A DNA stretch of 63,627 bases, the filler included, from Choristocarpus tenellus KU-1152 (taxonomy: Eukaryota; Protista; Phaeophyceae), in NCBI GenBank assembly GCA_964200185.2. It is 13 parts of 13 records of this genome, joined end to end, with 100 filler letters (N's around TTAATTAATTAA, not from the genome) between each part and the next. Parts side by side here need not be neighbours in the genome. Positions count along the whole stretch, not along the records: positions 52,586 to 55,521 come from CAXNAD020023527.1; positions 55,622 to 60,098 come from CAXNAD020014379.1; positions 60,199 to 63,627 come from CAXNAD020020085.1; 10 more parts are not named here. The stretch is one strand, 5' to 3'. The position numbers were made by a program, and so were the translations under genes. Below are positions 52,691 through 63,627 of this stretch, in pieces. Position 1 is the first letter of the stretch. The number at the start of each line of letters is the position of its first letter. The notes beneath the pieces were generated by a model, which had not been told where the DNA came from, did not search any database, and was given only the letters and a program-made list of their open reading frames with translations.

Positions 52691-53099
52691 GCTATTCAAA
52701 GACACCAGTACTGTCAACTAGTCACCACACACAATGGACACAAAACACTATTTAAACCTTGAAAAAACAAGAAACAAAACACCTGCAAAACACCAGTTAA
52801 CTCCTGCTCGCGTCCTGCAACTAGTCACTCTCAACTACTCCCAAAGTACCACACACACACACACAAGACACACTCCTAACCAGCGTGTGCCTCAAATCAA
52901 CAAACCAATCAAACACCATACCCCAAGAAAAAAATAATCGCATTTACATTATATTTTACATAAATAAATAAATATATAATCCATCCGTAACACCAAGCGC
53001 AAAGCGATGATATCCTTCTTTCCGCCTTCCCGTCCCCCTCGACATCCCCCCCAACTTTCCTCGAAATCGTCAACCCTCAGTCACTCCGCGTCTCCTTAC

Positions 53100-53186
53100 C
53101 AATTCCAACATCCAGTGCCGGGGACCAGGTTTGGACAGCTTTCGGACAAAAGCGCTCCCCCAATGGAAGGACGAACCCTTCAATGA
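53100..53186 (-). CDS. Candidate isolated 87-bp exon (SLKGSSFHWGSAFVRKLSKPGPRHWMLEL)
   Basis: TGCAG acceptor and GTAAGG donor, open frame, GC-richer than the flanks. Confidence 0.4.
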
Positions 53187-53719
53187 CTGCACCAATCAAA
53201 AAGGGGGGCGATCGTCGGGGAATGATGAAGTCGGGTTGGATCACAAAGAGGCAACCACGGAGGACAGTTAATCAAGAGTCAAGAGAAGGGCAGGAAATGA
53301 AACACACACACACACATACACATACGCACCAAAAAAAAAGAAGTCATGAGGTTAACCAATCACAACCAACGGATGGCGTATTGTTTCTTTTTTTCTTTGG
53401 GTAGGAGACAGAGATGGAGGTGGTGATGTCAAGAACTGTGTATTGTCTATCTATCTATCTGGGTGGGTGGGTGGGTGGGTAGGGGTCTACTAATAGTGAA
53501 CCTGGCAAACCCGTCAGCAGGAATAGCAACAAGAGGAAATGGGATGACTGAAGGTTGCAGCCCTTTCCTCTACACACTCACAGCAAACTGACCATTGATA
53601 CAACCATTGATACAACCGCACATACAACCCTACTTTGCTGCAGCAACTAAAGGGGCACACCAGATACAATCTGTATCACCCAAAAAATATAAACCTGGTA
53701 TCATTAGAATCAATTAACA

Positions 53720-53720
<1 letters not shown>

Positions 53721-53750
<30 letters not shown>
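53721..53750. repeat. (AG)n microsatellite
   Basis: Direct read of the sequence. Confidence 0.9.
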
Positions 53751-53755
<5 letters not shown>

Positions 53756-53999
53756 GGTGTATACGTTTGTTTATGTATGGTTAATATAGAAATCAGTCCA
53801 ACCAACCAACAAGGGAGAGAAAGTAAAAACAAATACCTTTCCCTTTTTCCGGGGGGAGGGGGTGGGGGTTGAGGTCAATGAAAAGAAAATTAAAGACAAT
53901 ATTTCATTCAGGACACACACACTACTCAAAATACCCCTTAGTAGAGGAGCTGAGAGGAGAGGAGTAGAGGGGTGAGGGATGCATCCAACTTATGCACCC

Positions 54000-54515
54000 C
54001 TGGTTGGGGTTAGGGTTTCTATTTCAATATAATGCAGTACAACAATGATTAGAAATGTGGAATCTTTAGCTTAATTACACTAGGTCTTTTAGGATATCTC
54101 TTGCACTATAATGCAGTAGAATTATAATTACAAATATCAATATTGCTTTTAGCTCTATTACACTAGGGTTTCAAGGCCTCTTATACTACAATCAACATAA
54201 TGCTTACTAGTATTATCATTGCAAGCACTACTACACCAGGGTTAGGATCTCCTCTTGAACTATATATTACATCAAAACAAATATTGGCAACAATTCTGGT
54301 AATAAGATTCTTATTCTTGGTTCCATTATACTAGGGTTAGGGTTTGAACAGATTCCTCCCTTCAGTTTAGCAATAAAAATTACACGAATTAATTATCGTA
54401 CATTTGAAGGTTTATCAATGCTTACATTGCCACAGACTAAAGAGGGTTAGGGTGTTCAACACTAAAAAAAACGTATATAATTCATAAAAAAAAGGGACTA
54501 AGGTAAGGGCTACTG
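54000..54515 (+). repeat. Degenerate tandem repeat with TTAGGG-like cores
   Basis: Recurring (TACAC)TAGGGTT(AGG) near 54008, 54079, 54161, 54233, 54331, 54444. Confidence 0.45.
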
Positions 54516-55455
54516 ATAGACTCAAAAGCGAACCAATCTATTCCGGTGCTAAAAACAATCCATTAGTCCCTTCTGCTCCTCATACTACCGTATATCTTTT
54601 TAAATTCCTAGAAAATATGTTTTAAAAATAATCCCACATAAAAAAGGCATGTTTCACAATACACATATCTCTCACAATCAAAAAACACATACAGTATTCG
54701 GATAATTAAAAAAATTGGATACAAAAGCTGGAACAAAATATTTAAATATGAAAATAAGCAATGCAAAAAAAGCAATAAACAAAAATTATAATAAAATTAT
54801 ATATACACATAAAGGCATCAATATAGAAAAACAAGACACGCTCACTCATCAGTAGGTAATGTCAAAAACAAAAATTGAAAAGCACCTTGTCATACAGAGA
54901 GACCCCTATTGGGGGTACACTATACTATACATATCTCACACCTCCACTCTGTTGGCGCCCCGATTGCATCAAACAACAGCTCTGACCCACACACTGAACA
55001 CACACCAAATACACTGAGAGGCGGGATGTATTGCAGGAGACGCCTGTCGTGTTTTAGGAAAAAATATTTGCAAATTTTGCATAAAACGCCCTGCCCTATG
55101 AGACAAAAAGGTCTTCCCTTGAGGTGATGCCTTGATATGATTGGTATGATTCAAATCACACTCCGCATTCGCGACAGAGATCAAAAGTTGCATGTTGTTC
55201 TTGATCTCCAAAGCACACCAATAAAACCACAACTCAAAAAATAACACAGGACAAGGCTTGACTCGTCGTGTTACAGTAGTACATATAGCCGGTGCACCAA
55301 ACCGCCTTCTACCAAGACAAACACCCGCTTCACAAAAAAACAAAAACAAAAACAAAAACACCGTTCATTCACATCTCCCACATTGCACCACAATCAATTC
55401 ATCCTATCAACAGACCGGACCGTTACACAGGCAATGAGGAAAAAAAACAACCCTC

Positions 55456-55497
<42 letters not shown>

Positions 55498-56315
55498 ACC
55501 CACCCAAACAAAAAAACAAAANNNNNNNNNNNNNNNNNNNNNNNNNNNNNNNNNNNNNNNNNNNNTTAATTAATTAANNNNNNNNNNNNNNNNNNNNNNN
55601 NNNNNNNNNNNNNNNNNNNNNCCCCCCCAGATACTTTGGCCCAGATCATGTTAAAATGGTAAGCAAACAGGCTATTCTGCCCCAACCTGAAAACCCACTG
55701 CAACGCAAAACTCCACCTCCCCTCTAGACTGCACTGTGTATCCCCCAGTTCAATATGGACTCGCACTTTTCCACCCTGGACTGACACGATATGAAACTAA
55801 AAGGAACAGTGTGTTCACCACCTAGAATCTGTACCAACTCGGTAAGGGATGTGTCTGAACTGATTATTGCAACTCCATATGGCGAGATGTTTGTGTACTT
55901 AATGCTGGATCCCGCACATGTATGACATGGACTGTGCTTTTAGCGCTGGTACTTTGTTTGGACTTCATTTCCACAAACGTGAGTATCTGTACGGCCCCAC
56001 ACAGGTCTCGAAAAAAAAAAAAAAAGTTGTTAGGGTTTTGAAAATGCGGTTCAAAGTTGCACATAATTTCACAAGAGCCGAGTGAAGTGGGGCACTACTG
56101 TTGTGTTCAGTGAAAGAAGGGCAGAGGATGGGAATGGGTACTCAAGGGTACAGATCAAACACACAACACAATATCCATCAGTGCTATCAAAGCTGGAAAA
56201 AAAAAATGGGGGGGGGGGACTCCTTGTGCACATTTTCTTGCCACCACCCCTTACACAGTGGCTAGACCCCACCTAATTTAGGCAATTCGATTCATGTCAT
56301 TTTCAGCACAATTAC

Positions 56316-58544
56316 CGAGATGCATCCCCAGCTATGAACTTTCCATTGCCCTCCTTCTTGAACCTCTCAGCTAGGTTCAGTCGTTTCTCTTCATCCACCC
56401 ACACCGGCAGGAGCTCCTCCACTTCAACCATCTCGATCTCCACACTGTAAAGAGCAGCCTCCACCAAAACTTTCTCACTCTCACATCCATCAAGGCGCAT
56501 CCTGTCCCAGGCAATACATGAGGGCAGGGCAAGCAAGAAGGCAGGAATACAGGAAGAAAGTGACAACCTCCATTATACCCTCACCCTGTCAGTGATGTAG
56601 TGCAAACATATCATCACCAGGAAATAGATTATGTAGGGTAATCATGCAGCAGATTGTGACATATAAGGATCTAAGTGTGCGCTTCAACTCTGGAAGAGTG
56701 CACAAAAATAGAGAGCTTAATACCCAAAACCTAAGGCACCAACTGCAATATCACAATTGGTGGCAGATACAAGTTACAATATTCGATGAGGAGGGTCAAG
56801 TTTCACCAGTCCATAGTGCTATCGACTTTCTATGTCCCAAATATGAGGTGGACTGACTCACCTGTCAGAGGGGGCTAGGTAGGGTGGTATGCTTGCCTTG
56901 CATATCTCACCACTGCACATGCTCTTGGCTAGCATTGACACAGCCTTGCCGAGCGGGCAATCATCCACAGTAAATGTCAACAGTTCCTTCACCTCCTGAT
57001 TCTCTCCCTCATTCCCCACACCGCCTTCCATGTTGTCAAACACCACTTGCACGATCTTGTTCGCAGTAGTACCATCGCTTCCCTGCTCTGACATAATTTC
57101 ATGCACCAAACGACATCTGGAATGGACAACAGGGATGTCACAAAAATGGAAGGAGGATTAAAAGGTGGCACACATCTGCTGTTGAGGGGTTAGGTTTGAA
57201 ATGTGAATGCTAAGCAAAAAGAGAAAAAATTCTAATATTTGCTTTAGCAGTCAATCTTGCAGTCTAGACATCCAGGATACTACACAGTACACAGTACATG
57301 GTGCGTCACACCCAGATTGTGTTCCACTCATGCGATCTACAACTCACTCGCCAACAGCTAACTGCTTGAACTGGCACCTTGGTGCTCCCTAGAATCCACC
57401 AAGGAAATGAGCTGCTCATTGGAAGTACCGCTTCAAAAAGATGCCCCTCTCTCCTACCTGATGGACACAGATGATACATCTTCTGGCTGCCTGTGTCCCT
57501 CCGGTTCACGCAAGATGGCCTTCATCAAGCTCCTATCCGTGGACGCACTGACATCAACCACCTCAATCCAGCTTTCCAAAGACACCTCCAGCTCAAAGCG
57601 ACTAGGGCTACTGATAGGTTCTTCACCCACCACAGTTTCCTCCTCGAAAACTATCTCAAAGGTCGCTTTCTCGCCCAAGCACATGGTCTGGATGCCGTCC
57701 AAGATAGAGGGTGGCAATTTCACACCAGCGGCAATCGCAATACGTTCGGCCTGTGTCCTCATGCAGGGTTCAGGAAGGGCCAATAAAATATTGCAGGTGA
57801 GATCATTGAATAGGAAAGTACTCGAGAGTGAAGGAGCGACCAGCGCATATTAACTCAAATCTTGCGTTTTGTCTAGTTAAAATGCAATATTGTGATACTT
57901 CTACCAACACCTAGCGAAAACGGCAGGGTTGCAAGCATTAGCATCGGACTCACCTCCATGAATGCCTCGCCCCCATCGAGACCGAGCACAAGGTCAAGCG
58001 CCAAATGCACTTCCACCTCCCGCGACGGTGCAGGTTCGTCGTCGCCAGTATTGGGTACAGAATGCTCAATAAACCTATGTATCACAATAGATACCTGCCA
58101 GTCATCTTTCGGGCGTTTCCACGTGGATTCGGGACACTGGCTGGCGGTCTTCACGATACTTCTATCATTTTTGATGTCCAAAGGGAGGTGGTCCATTCTT
58201 CTTCCGTCACTATCGCTGTCATCTTCGCTGAATTCCGCATCCTATCGAGGTCGAATCGTCCAGACACAGACACAAAGATAAGCGACAAAGCTAATATCAC
58301 TATGAGTTTTGAGGTCATTGAGACAAGGCGGCCACAACGCACATGCATAGACTACATATTGTCAAGTTCTAAAAGAAATGCTCACATCCCCGTCGGTCTG
58401 CAGTGGCTTTACGGAGTCTGTTAGAGGTTGGTTTGAGTCATCTGGCGAAATATCCATAGCTTCAGCGATTCTTGATCTCCAGGTTTCGCTGTCTGGCTCG
58501 CTGACCACTGGCCCCTCCACACTGTTGTCTACAGGGTCTTCCAT
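56316..58544 (-). CDS. FKBP-type PPIase/TPR immunophilin (FKBP62/65-like), 3'-partial. Exons 58544-58386, 58241-57954, about 57750-57458, 57116-56862, 56501-56316
   Basis: IVKT...WKRPKDDWQV; LDGIQTMCLGEKATFEI; FELEVSLESW..VVDVS; LMKAILREPEGHRQP; SMCSGEICKASIPP; EKRLNLAERFKKEGNGKF (TPR start). Confidence 0.85.
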
Positions 58545-61378
58545 AGGACCGTTTCTTCGATCCTTCTTACTTGGGAAAGGTTGAAAAATGACAAGGTAAT
58601 GATTAATCTGTCTTTGGAGACTTGACTACAATGGAGGTGTGTGATGTCGGCATTTTGACGGTTCAACCGTTTAGTGCTAGTCACAAGAATAGTGAACTAC
58701 AGGAGTCAACCACTTCATTGATTGGCTAAAATACTATTTTATTATTTGTCGCACTTCAATTTGTTGTGTGCGCGGAGAATATCTCAACCCGTTGTTAGAA
58801 GCGTTACGCACTCCATTTAGCACTACTACTTCTCATACTAACTACCGAGTACTACCAATGTCACACTACCACTAATCACAGCCTCCGTTCCTGCCTTGCG
58901 TCTTGCGCATTGGGTTTGGCACTCCTAACGCTCGTTGCTCCATCTCCTCCCTCAAATCTTTTCTCGGACCCGCTTTTGAAGTTTCTACCTCGATCTTATT
59001 CCAGTTTCCTTGTCATATAGCAACATACCTGTGCTTGGGAAAACACGAATCCTGGACGGATTCCTGTAGAGAAGGGGTCCATAGAATCTCTTCAAGAGAC
59101 CACCAGTCCCCCAAATAAACTCTCTCCATTTAGATATACCAAGAATCAAGGGATTCCATTTGACACCACCTCCTCTGTCACTTGTCTTATCTGATTATCT
59201 ATTCTCATCGGTCCTCAATGTCCTCTCTCCCCTCCTCTCCCCTCTCCACCCTCCTTGTCCTTATCCGACCTTGCCCCATCCTCTCAGTTACAGATTGTAC
59301 AGGTCTGTCTGGACCGTCTTGTCGGGTGGTTCTCTTCGCCACCCTTGTCTGAGTGAGCCACGCCAGCACAGGATCTCATTTTTCACATTGGCGACCCAGC
59401 GAATTCAGGCATAGTAGGGTGAAGGGCACAACTTCAACCTACATTTGCTAGTGTGACTAACGCTAAACTAGACAACGCCGTCGGTAGCAAGAGCTGTTGT
59501 TGTGACAGAAGCTGAACATTCAGAAGGAGGTGAACGTAAGACTGGTGACCACAGTGAAAACATCAAAATCATGGATCAATCAACAAAAAAAGATGAGCAG
59601 CATGAGTAGCTTATGCTTTAAAAACAGATTCTTGCGAGGAGGATTAACTCCTACTATTTTTCAGGTAGCAAGTTAGTATATCCTTACCTTCACGTCAGTA
59701 TGGATTGATATCTCCCGAAACCATCAATGCTTATTGCAAAGGAGTTTTGGCGAATATTCTGCAAGGTCCCACTGAAACTCTAACTTAGAGTGGAGATCAG
59801 GTAGTGACCTTGTCTATTTGCAATCATCCCCTGACACTCTCATGTTGAACTATCCCGCACTGGACCCGCGGCTTTTATGGTGCTTTAATGAAGGACAAAG
59901 AACTGCTAGGTATAGATGAACAATGTTAATATTACAAGGGCCTTGGTCTCTACTCCGATGACTGAGAAGGTGGGTAAGACCAGTGCAGCCTACCATGTGG
60001 GATTTGCAACGTCCACATGGATAATCAGAAAAGAATCGTATCTACTTATCATACGTGCCACACATGATACATCAACTGATGATCAAATATCAGGTCCCNN
60101 NNNNNNNNNNNNNNNNNNNNNNNNNNNNNNNNNNNNNNNNNNTTAATTAATTAANNNNNNNNNNNNNNNNNNNNNNNNNNNNNNNNNNNNNNNNNNNNAG
60201 TGCAGTGTGTAGCGCCTCTGACTCCAGGTTAGGGCTAGGGTTAGGGTTGAAGTAGGTTCCTAGTCCCACACCGAAGTGCGGACAACAATGAAAAAAAAAA
60301 AAACACACACACACACACAAATAACACAAATACTAGCACTAACGATAATACCCCATTCACCACACAGGTAATTGTACAAATGGAGGAAATCCTGATTGAA
60401 GATTTTTGTGGGATTGGGGGGGAGGGGCTTTTGGGTTGTAACAGCCTGTGTATGTGCACCAATCATGAATACACCGTAGTCAATACTTTCAAAAAGTACT
60501 TACAAAAAATTAGGGTTGTGGCAAAAAGCGCATTAATGCTGTCCTATGTTGCGCACGTGGCAAAGTGAGCATGAGTAAGATCTCCGTGTGCACTGTTGCA
60601 TAAAGCGTACGTACTTCTATGTGCTTCAGTATCCACAAAAATTCATCTCTCTTTCCATCTTGTTCCCACCCAAAATATACATTAAGCCCACCGTTTGCAT
60701 CATCCCAGTCATCCCCTTCTCCGCCGTGCTTGCTCTCCTCCGAAAGAGAGTGAGATGGAAGCTTGTCGAGGCTCTCCTCAAAGAATGGGTCGGGATCTAC
60801 TCCCTTCCACAGAAAATCCTCCCCCTCTGACCCTTCAGCTTCCTTCTTGGCAACGTCTCCAGGTTCATCTTCTCAGCACCATAAAAAAAAAGGTTGGGAT
60901 AGTGCAAATCAAATGTTATGGGAATAGGACAGATAAAGTTGTCCTCTCCATCAAACATGTACGAATTAAGCAATTATATCAACGTAACACCGAGAATCCC
61001 ATTGTAACTGCTCAAGGACAAGTATGTGGCTAGAGAAATACCACCCACCACACCATCTCTGCCCCCAGCATCACCACCTACACCACTTTGACCCTGTTTC
61101 TCTTCCGGTTCGTTAAAACTGGTAATTGCCACTGCCTGCGACGAGGACACCAGATCTTACTCAATAGGAGGGGTCATGATAATCTCTCCCCCAATATTCA
61201 TGAGTGTCGAACCTTCTTCAGTCACTCTAAGTAGAGCGTTAACGTTTCATTTGATAGACGAAGAGATATTGGGCTGATGCATCAGCATGTCTACGGCTGA
61301 TGTCAAAGTCCCTCCTGTTTGCCCCTACAATTGCACTCTTTCTTCCCACACAATTCCACAATGTCGTTACTTGCTTAC

Positions 61379-61932
61379 CACGAGAAGTCCACAGTGGGGG
61401 ATTGCGAACCAGTCCTAGCGACGCCAGGGCAAGGTAGAACGGGAGGTAACCACCAAAGAGTGTGCTACCCACATACGTCATCGAGAATGGTCGAGGAAAG
61501 CCAAGGTCATCGTATACGTATTGCACAAGGACGGTGCAACCTGCCCAAATGGCTGACACCTTGTAAGGAAAATATCGTGAAGGAGGCAGGACAAAGGTGA
61601 TCATATTATCCGCATCGTTGACGACGATGTATACGAACATACGAACAGACCAAATATCCAACTCCACCACTACCTCGACATACTCCAAGAGTCGAGTTCT
61701 TCTGGGACTAAGTACTTCGTCTAACCATGGACAAATTACACTACTGATGTGTGAACAACCTCGCCAACACCACTTCAGATTCTTGAGATTGCCTATCCTT
61801 CAAGTCTCACCAAAATTATAAGGATCATTCCCAGCGTCCATTCTCCTAGTGTCTTCCGTTCCTTCTTCTGGTCCACGGGTACATAAACTGGGTGGGAGGC
61901 AGATCTCCCATGCGGAGGTACACCAACCCCAT
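61379..61932 (-). CDS. SLC35F5/THI74-like DMT-superfamily transporter, exons 61932-61811 and 61559-61379; further exons probable toward about 60690
   Basis: EWTLGMILIIL joined to VSAIWAGCTVLVQYVYDDLGFPRPFSMTYVGSTLFGGYLP, matching SLC35F TM1-TM2. Confidence 0.75.
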
Positions 61933-62599
61933 CTGTTACAGCAGGACGTTGGAAATGCATGACAATAGACTAGACACCTAATGCGCTGTCCCAGCCAACT
62001 TCTCCTTTCAACTCCAAGAAAACGACCCTTAATCCTCTGTATTTTCCTGGTACCTGACACCTGTTGTATCTTTTCTCCTCCCTAATCACTAAACCTCTTC
62101 TCAATACCTAAAACCAAAAACATGTGGGTTATCATTTGTGGAGAATGTAGCATTACACATCCTTGTTGCTTTAAACGGAAGCATTTTTAGAGGCAAATTA
62201 CGAACACTATCACATGTAAATTTCTTTCTCGTATGGAAAGTCTTGGTCACCTTCGTAAGCAACCAAAAAGTTTTCTGGATGAGTTGACTTGCCTTTACTG
62301 TAGGAAGGAGAGGGACAAGAGACTAAAGCAGAAAAGGGGCCATAAAATCTTGTCTACGACAGATAGTTTCGCAATACAAGTACCGCTCTATCCAGACGTG
62401 CCATGCGTTTTAGTGTCATGCGTTTTAAGCTGGAAACACCAGGGAAATAAGCAAAGAGGTGCTTTTAGATTCTTGAGACGCTTCCCTAGGTCCTCACCCT
62501 GGGGTACAGGACTAAGCTAGGTTGGAGGCACAGGAGGAGTGCAGTGGTGCAGCATAGATAGCTGGTAGTTAAATAGTAATAGATACAGAAAATTATCTT

Positions 62600-62720
62600 T
62601 CACATTTACGACACCAATCACTCACTGTTCTGATATTTGGATGGTTTTTCATTGGTTTTTCCCTTCCTTGAGACATCTACAAAAAGTCAAAGGGAATAGT
62701 AATAAAAATTATATTATTGT
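62600..62720 (+). repeat. Dispersed repeat resembling the CRE-like element 3' UTR; another copy at 63270-63360
   Basis: GTTTT(T)CATTGGTTTTTCCC...ACAT(C/T)T..AAAA(A/T)GTCAAAGGG(A/C)ATAGTA, similar to 4489-4541. Confidence 0.55.
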
Positions 62721-63627
62721 GTCCTCTTCACATTTTCCCGATGTGCAAGATCTTAGTGGGAGGGTGTTTACCCCAAGTGGTCCATTTGGGGGCTTGATGG
62801 GGTGTTGTAAGATACCCCAGTTTGATTCCCGCTTTAAGGGTGATTTTTTGTTGGGTTTGGTCTAGACATGGGGATAGAAAAGGAAGTTGCGTTGAGATAA
62901 AGGAAAAGTCAATGAAAAGCCAATTCAATTTCATAAGAACCCCTGTAGAAGTAACAGATGTCGCAAATGTTATAAATATTTTTGCTCTACTTACTACTTG
63001 ACTACCAGCTACGCTACACCACTACCCGTCTATACCTCCAACCTACCTTCTTAGCCCTACACCACAGGGCGAGGAGCTAGGGAAGCATCCTAAGAATTTT
63101 ACAGACCCCTCCTTGCCCGTCTCATCATCATATATATATATGTTGGAGATGGTGTATTTACACCATACAAACAATGGAATATATCGTCAATATCCCATAA
63201 TATACCGCGTCAACAAATAAACCGAAAATTCCATCAATTAACTACAATAATAATGTTACTTTTTTAGGGGGTTTTCTGACATGTGAGTAGTTTTCATTGG
63301 TTTTTCCCCTTACACATTTGCAAAATGTCAAAGGGCATAGTAACAAAAATAATAATGCATAGTGCAATTTCTCCCTCATCACTGTAAAATCTCTCTCATC
63401 TTTCCCTCTCTCCCCATCCCACCTCCTCCCACCCTACCCCTTACAAGGAGACAACCATTTTCCGTCCTTTCCCTACGTCCTCCCCAACCAACCCACACCA
63501 CCCTCCCTTCTACCCCAAACCCCCCCAAGAGAATTAAGACCACATACCCCCACATTCACCCCTGCCCTGGGTGGTTCATACCCCCAGTGTTGCTTCTGAC
63601 CTTGACCGGGTCCAGCTGGACATCCTG

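Noticed and set aside
58793-59518. Possible solo LTR (TGTT...AACA)
   Set aside because: No matching TSD or second copy found
6854-61932. Functional cluster of ECD, POP4, FKBP, sulfotransferase and transporter
   Set aside because: Each gene is on a different contig; the adjacency is artificial

Overview
This is eukaryotic, intron-rich DNA, not a prokaryotic locus. GT-AG introns, TTAGGG-type motifs and the transposon types suggest a brown-algal or related stramenopile genome (inference). The window is not contiguous: 13 small contigs are joined by twelve artificial 100-bp linkers (N-run, TTAATTAATTAA, N-run), so adjacency across linkers means nothing. Partial spliced host genes: an ECD/SGT1 (ecdysoneless) homolog, an EF-hand protein, POP4/RPP29, a sulfotransferase, an FKBP-TPR immunophilin, an SLC35F5-like transporter and several orphan exons. 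The rest is decayed mobile DNA: CRE-like, RTE-like, Gypsy, DIRS/Ngaro-like, Tc1/mariner, a TA-flanked IS630-like element and an intron-containing PIF/Harbinger-like element. The most notable signal is two abundant MITE families (A, about 255 bp; B, about 180 bp) with different interiors but the same bipartite, asymmetric ends. An outer G---CAAAGTATCT motif is followed by an inner GTCCATTTGG box at about position 31 from one end and 41-44 from the other, roughly one helical turn apart. Their TSDs are non-specific, mostly 3 bp and sometimes 4 bp, and family A carries a conserved internal hairpin.
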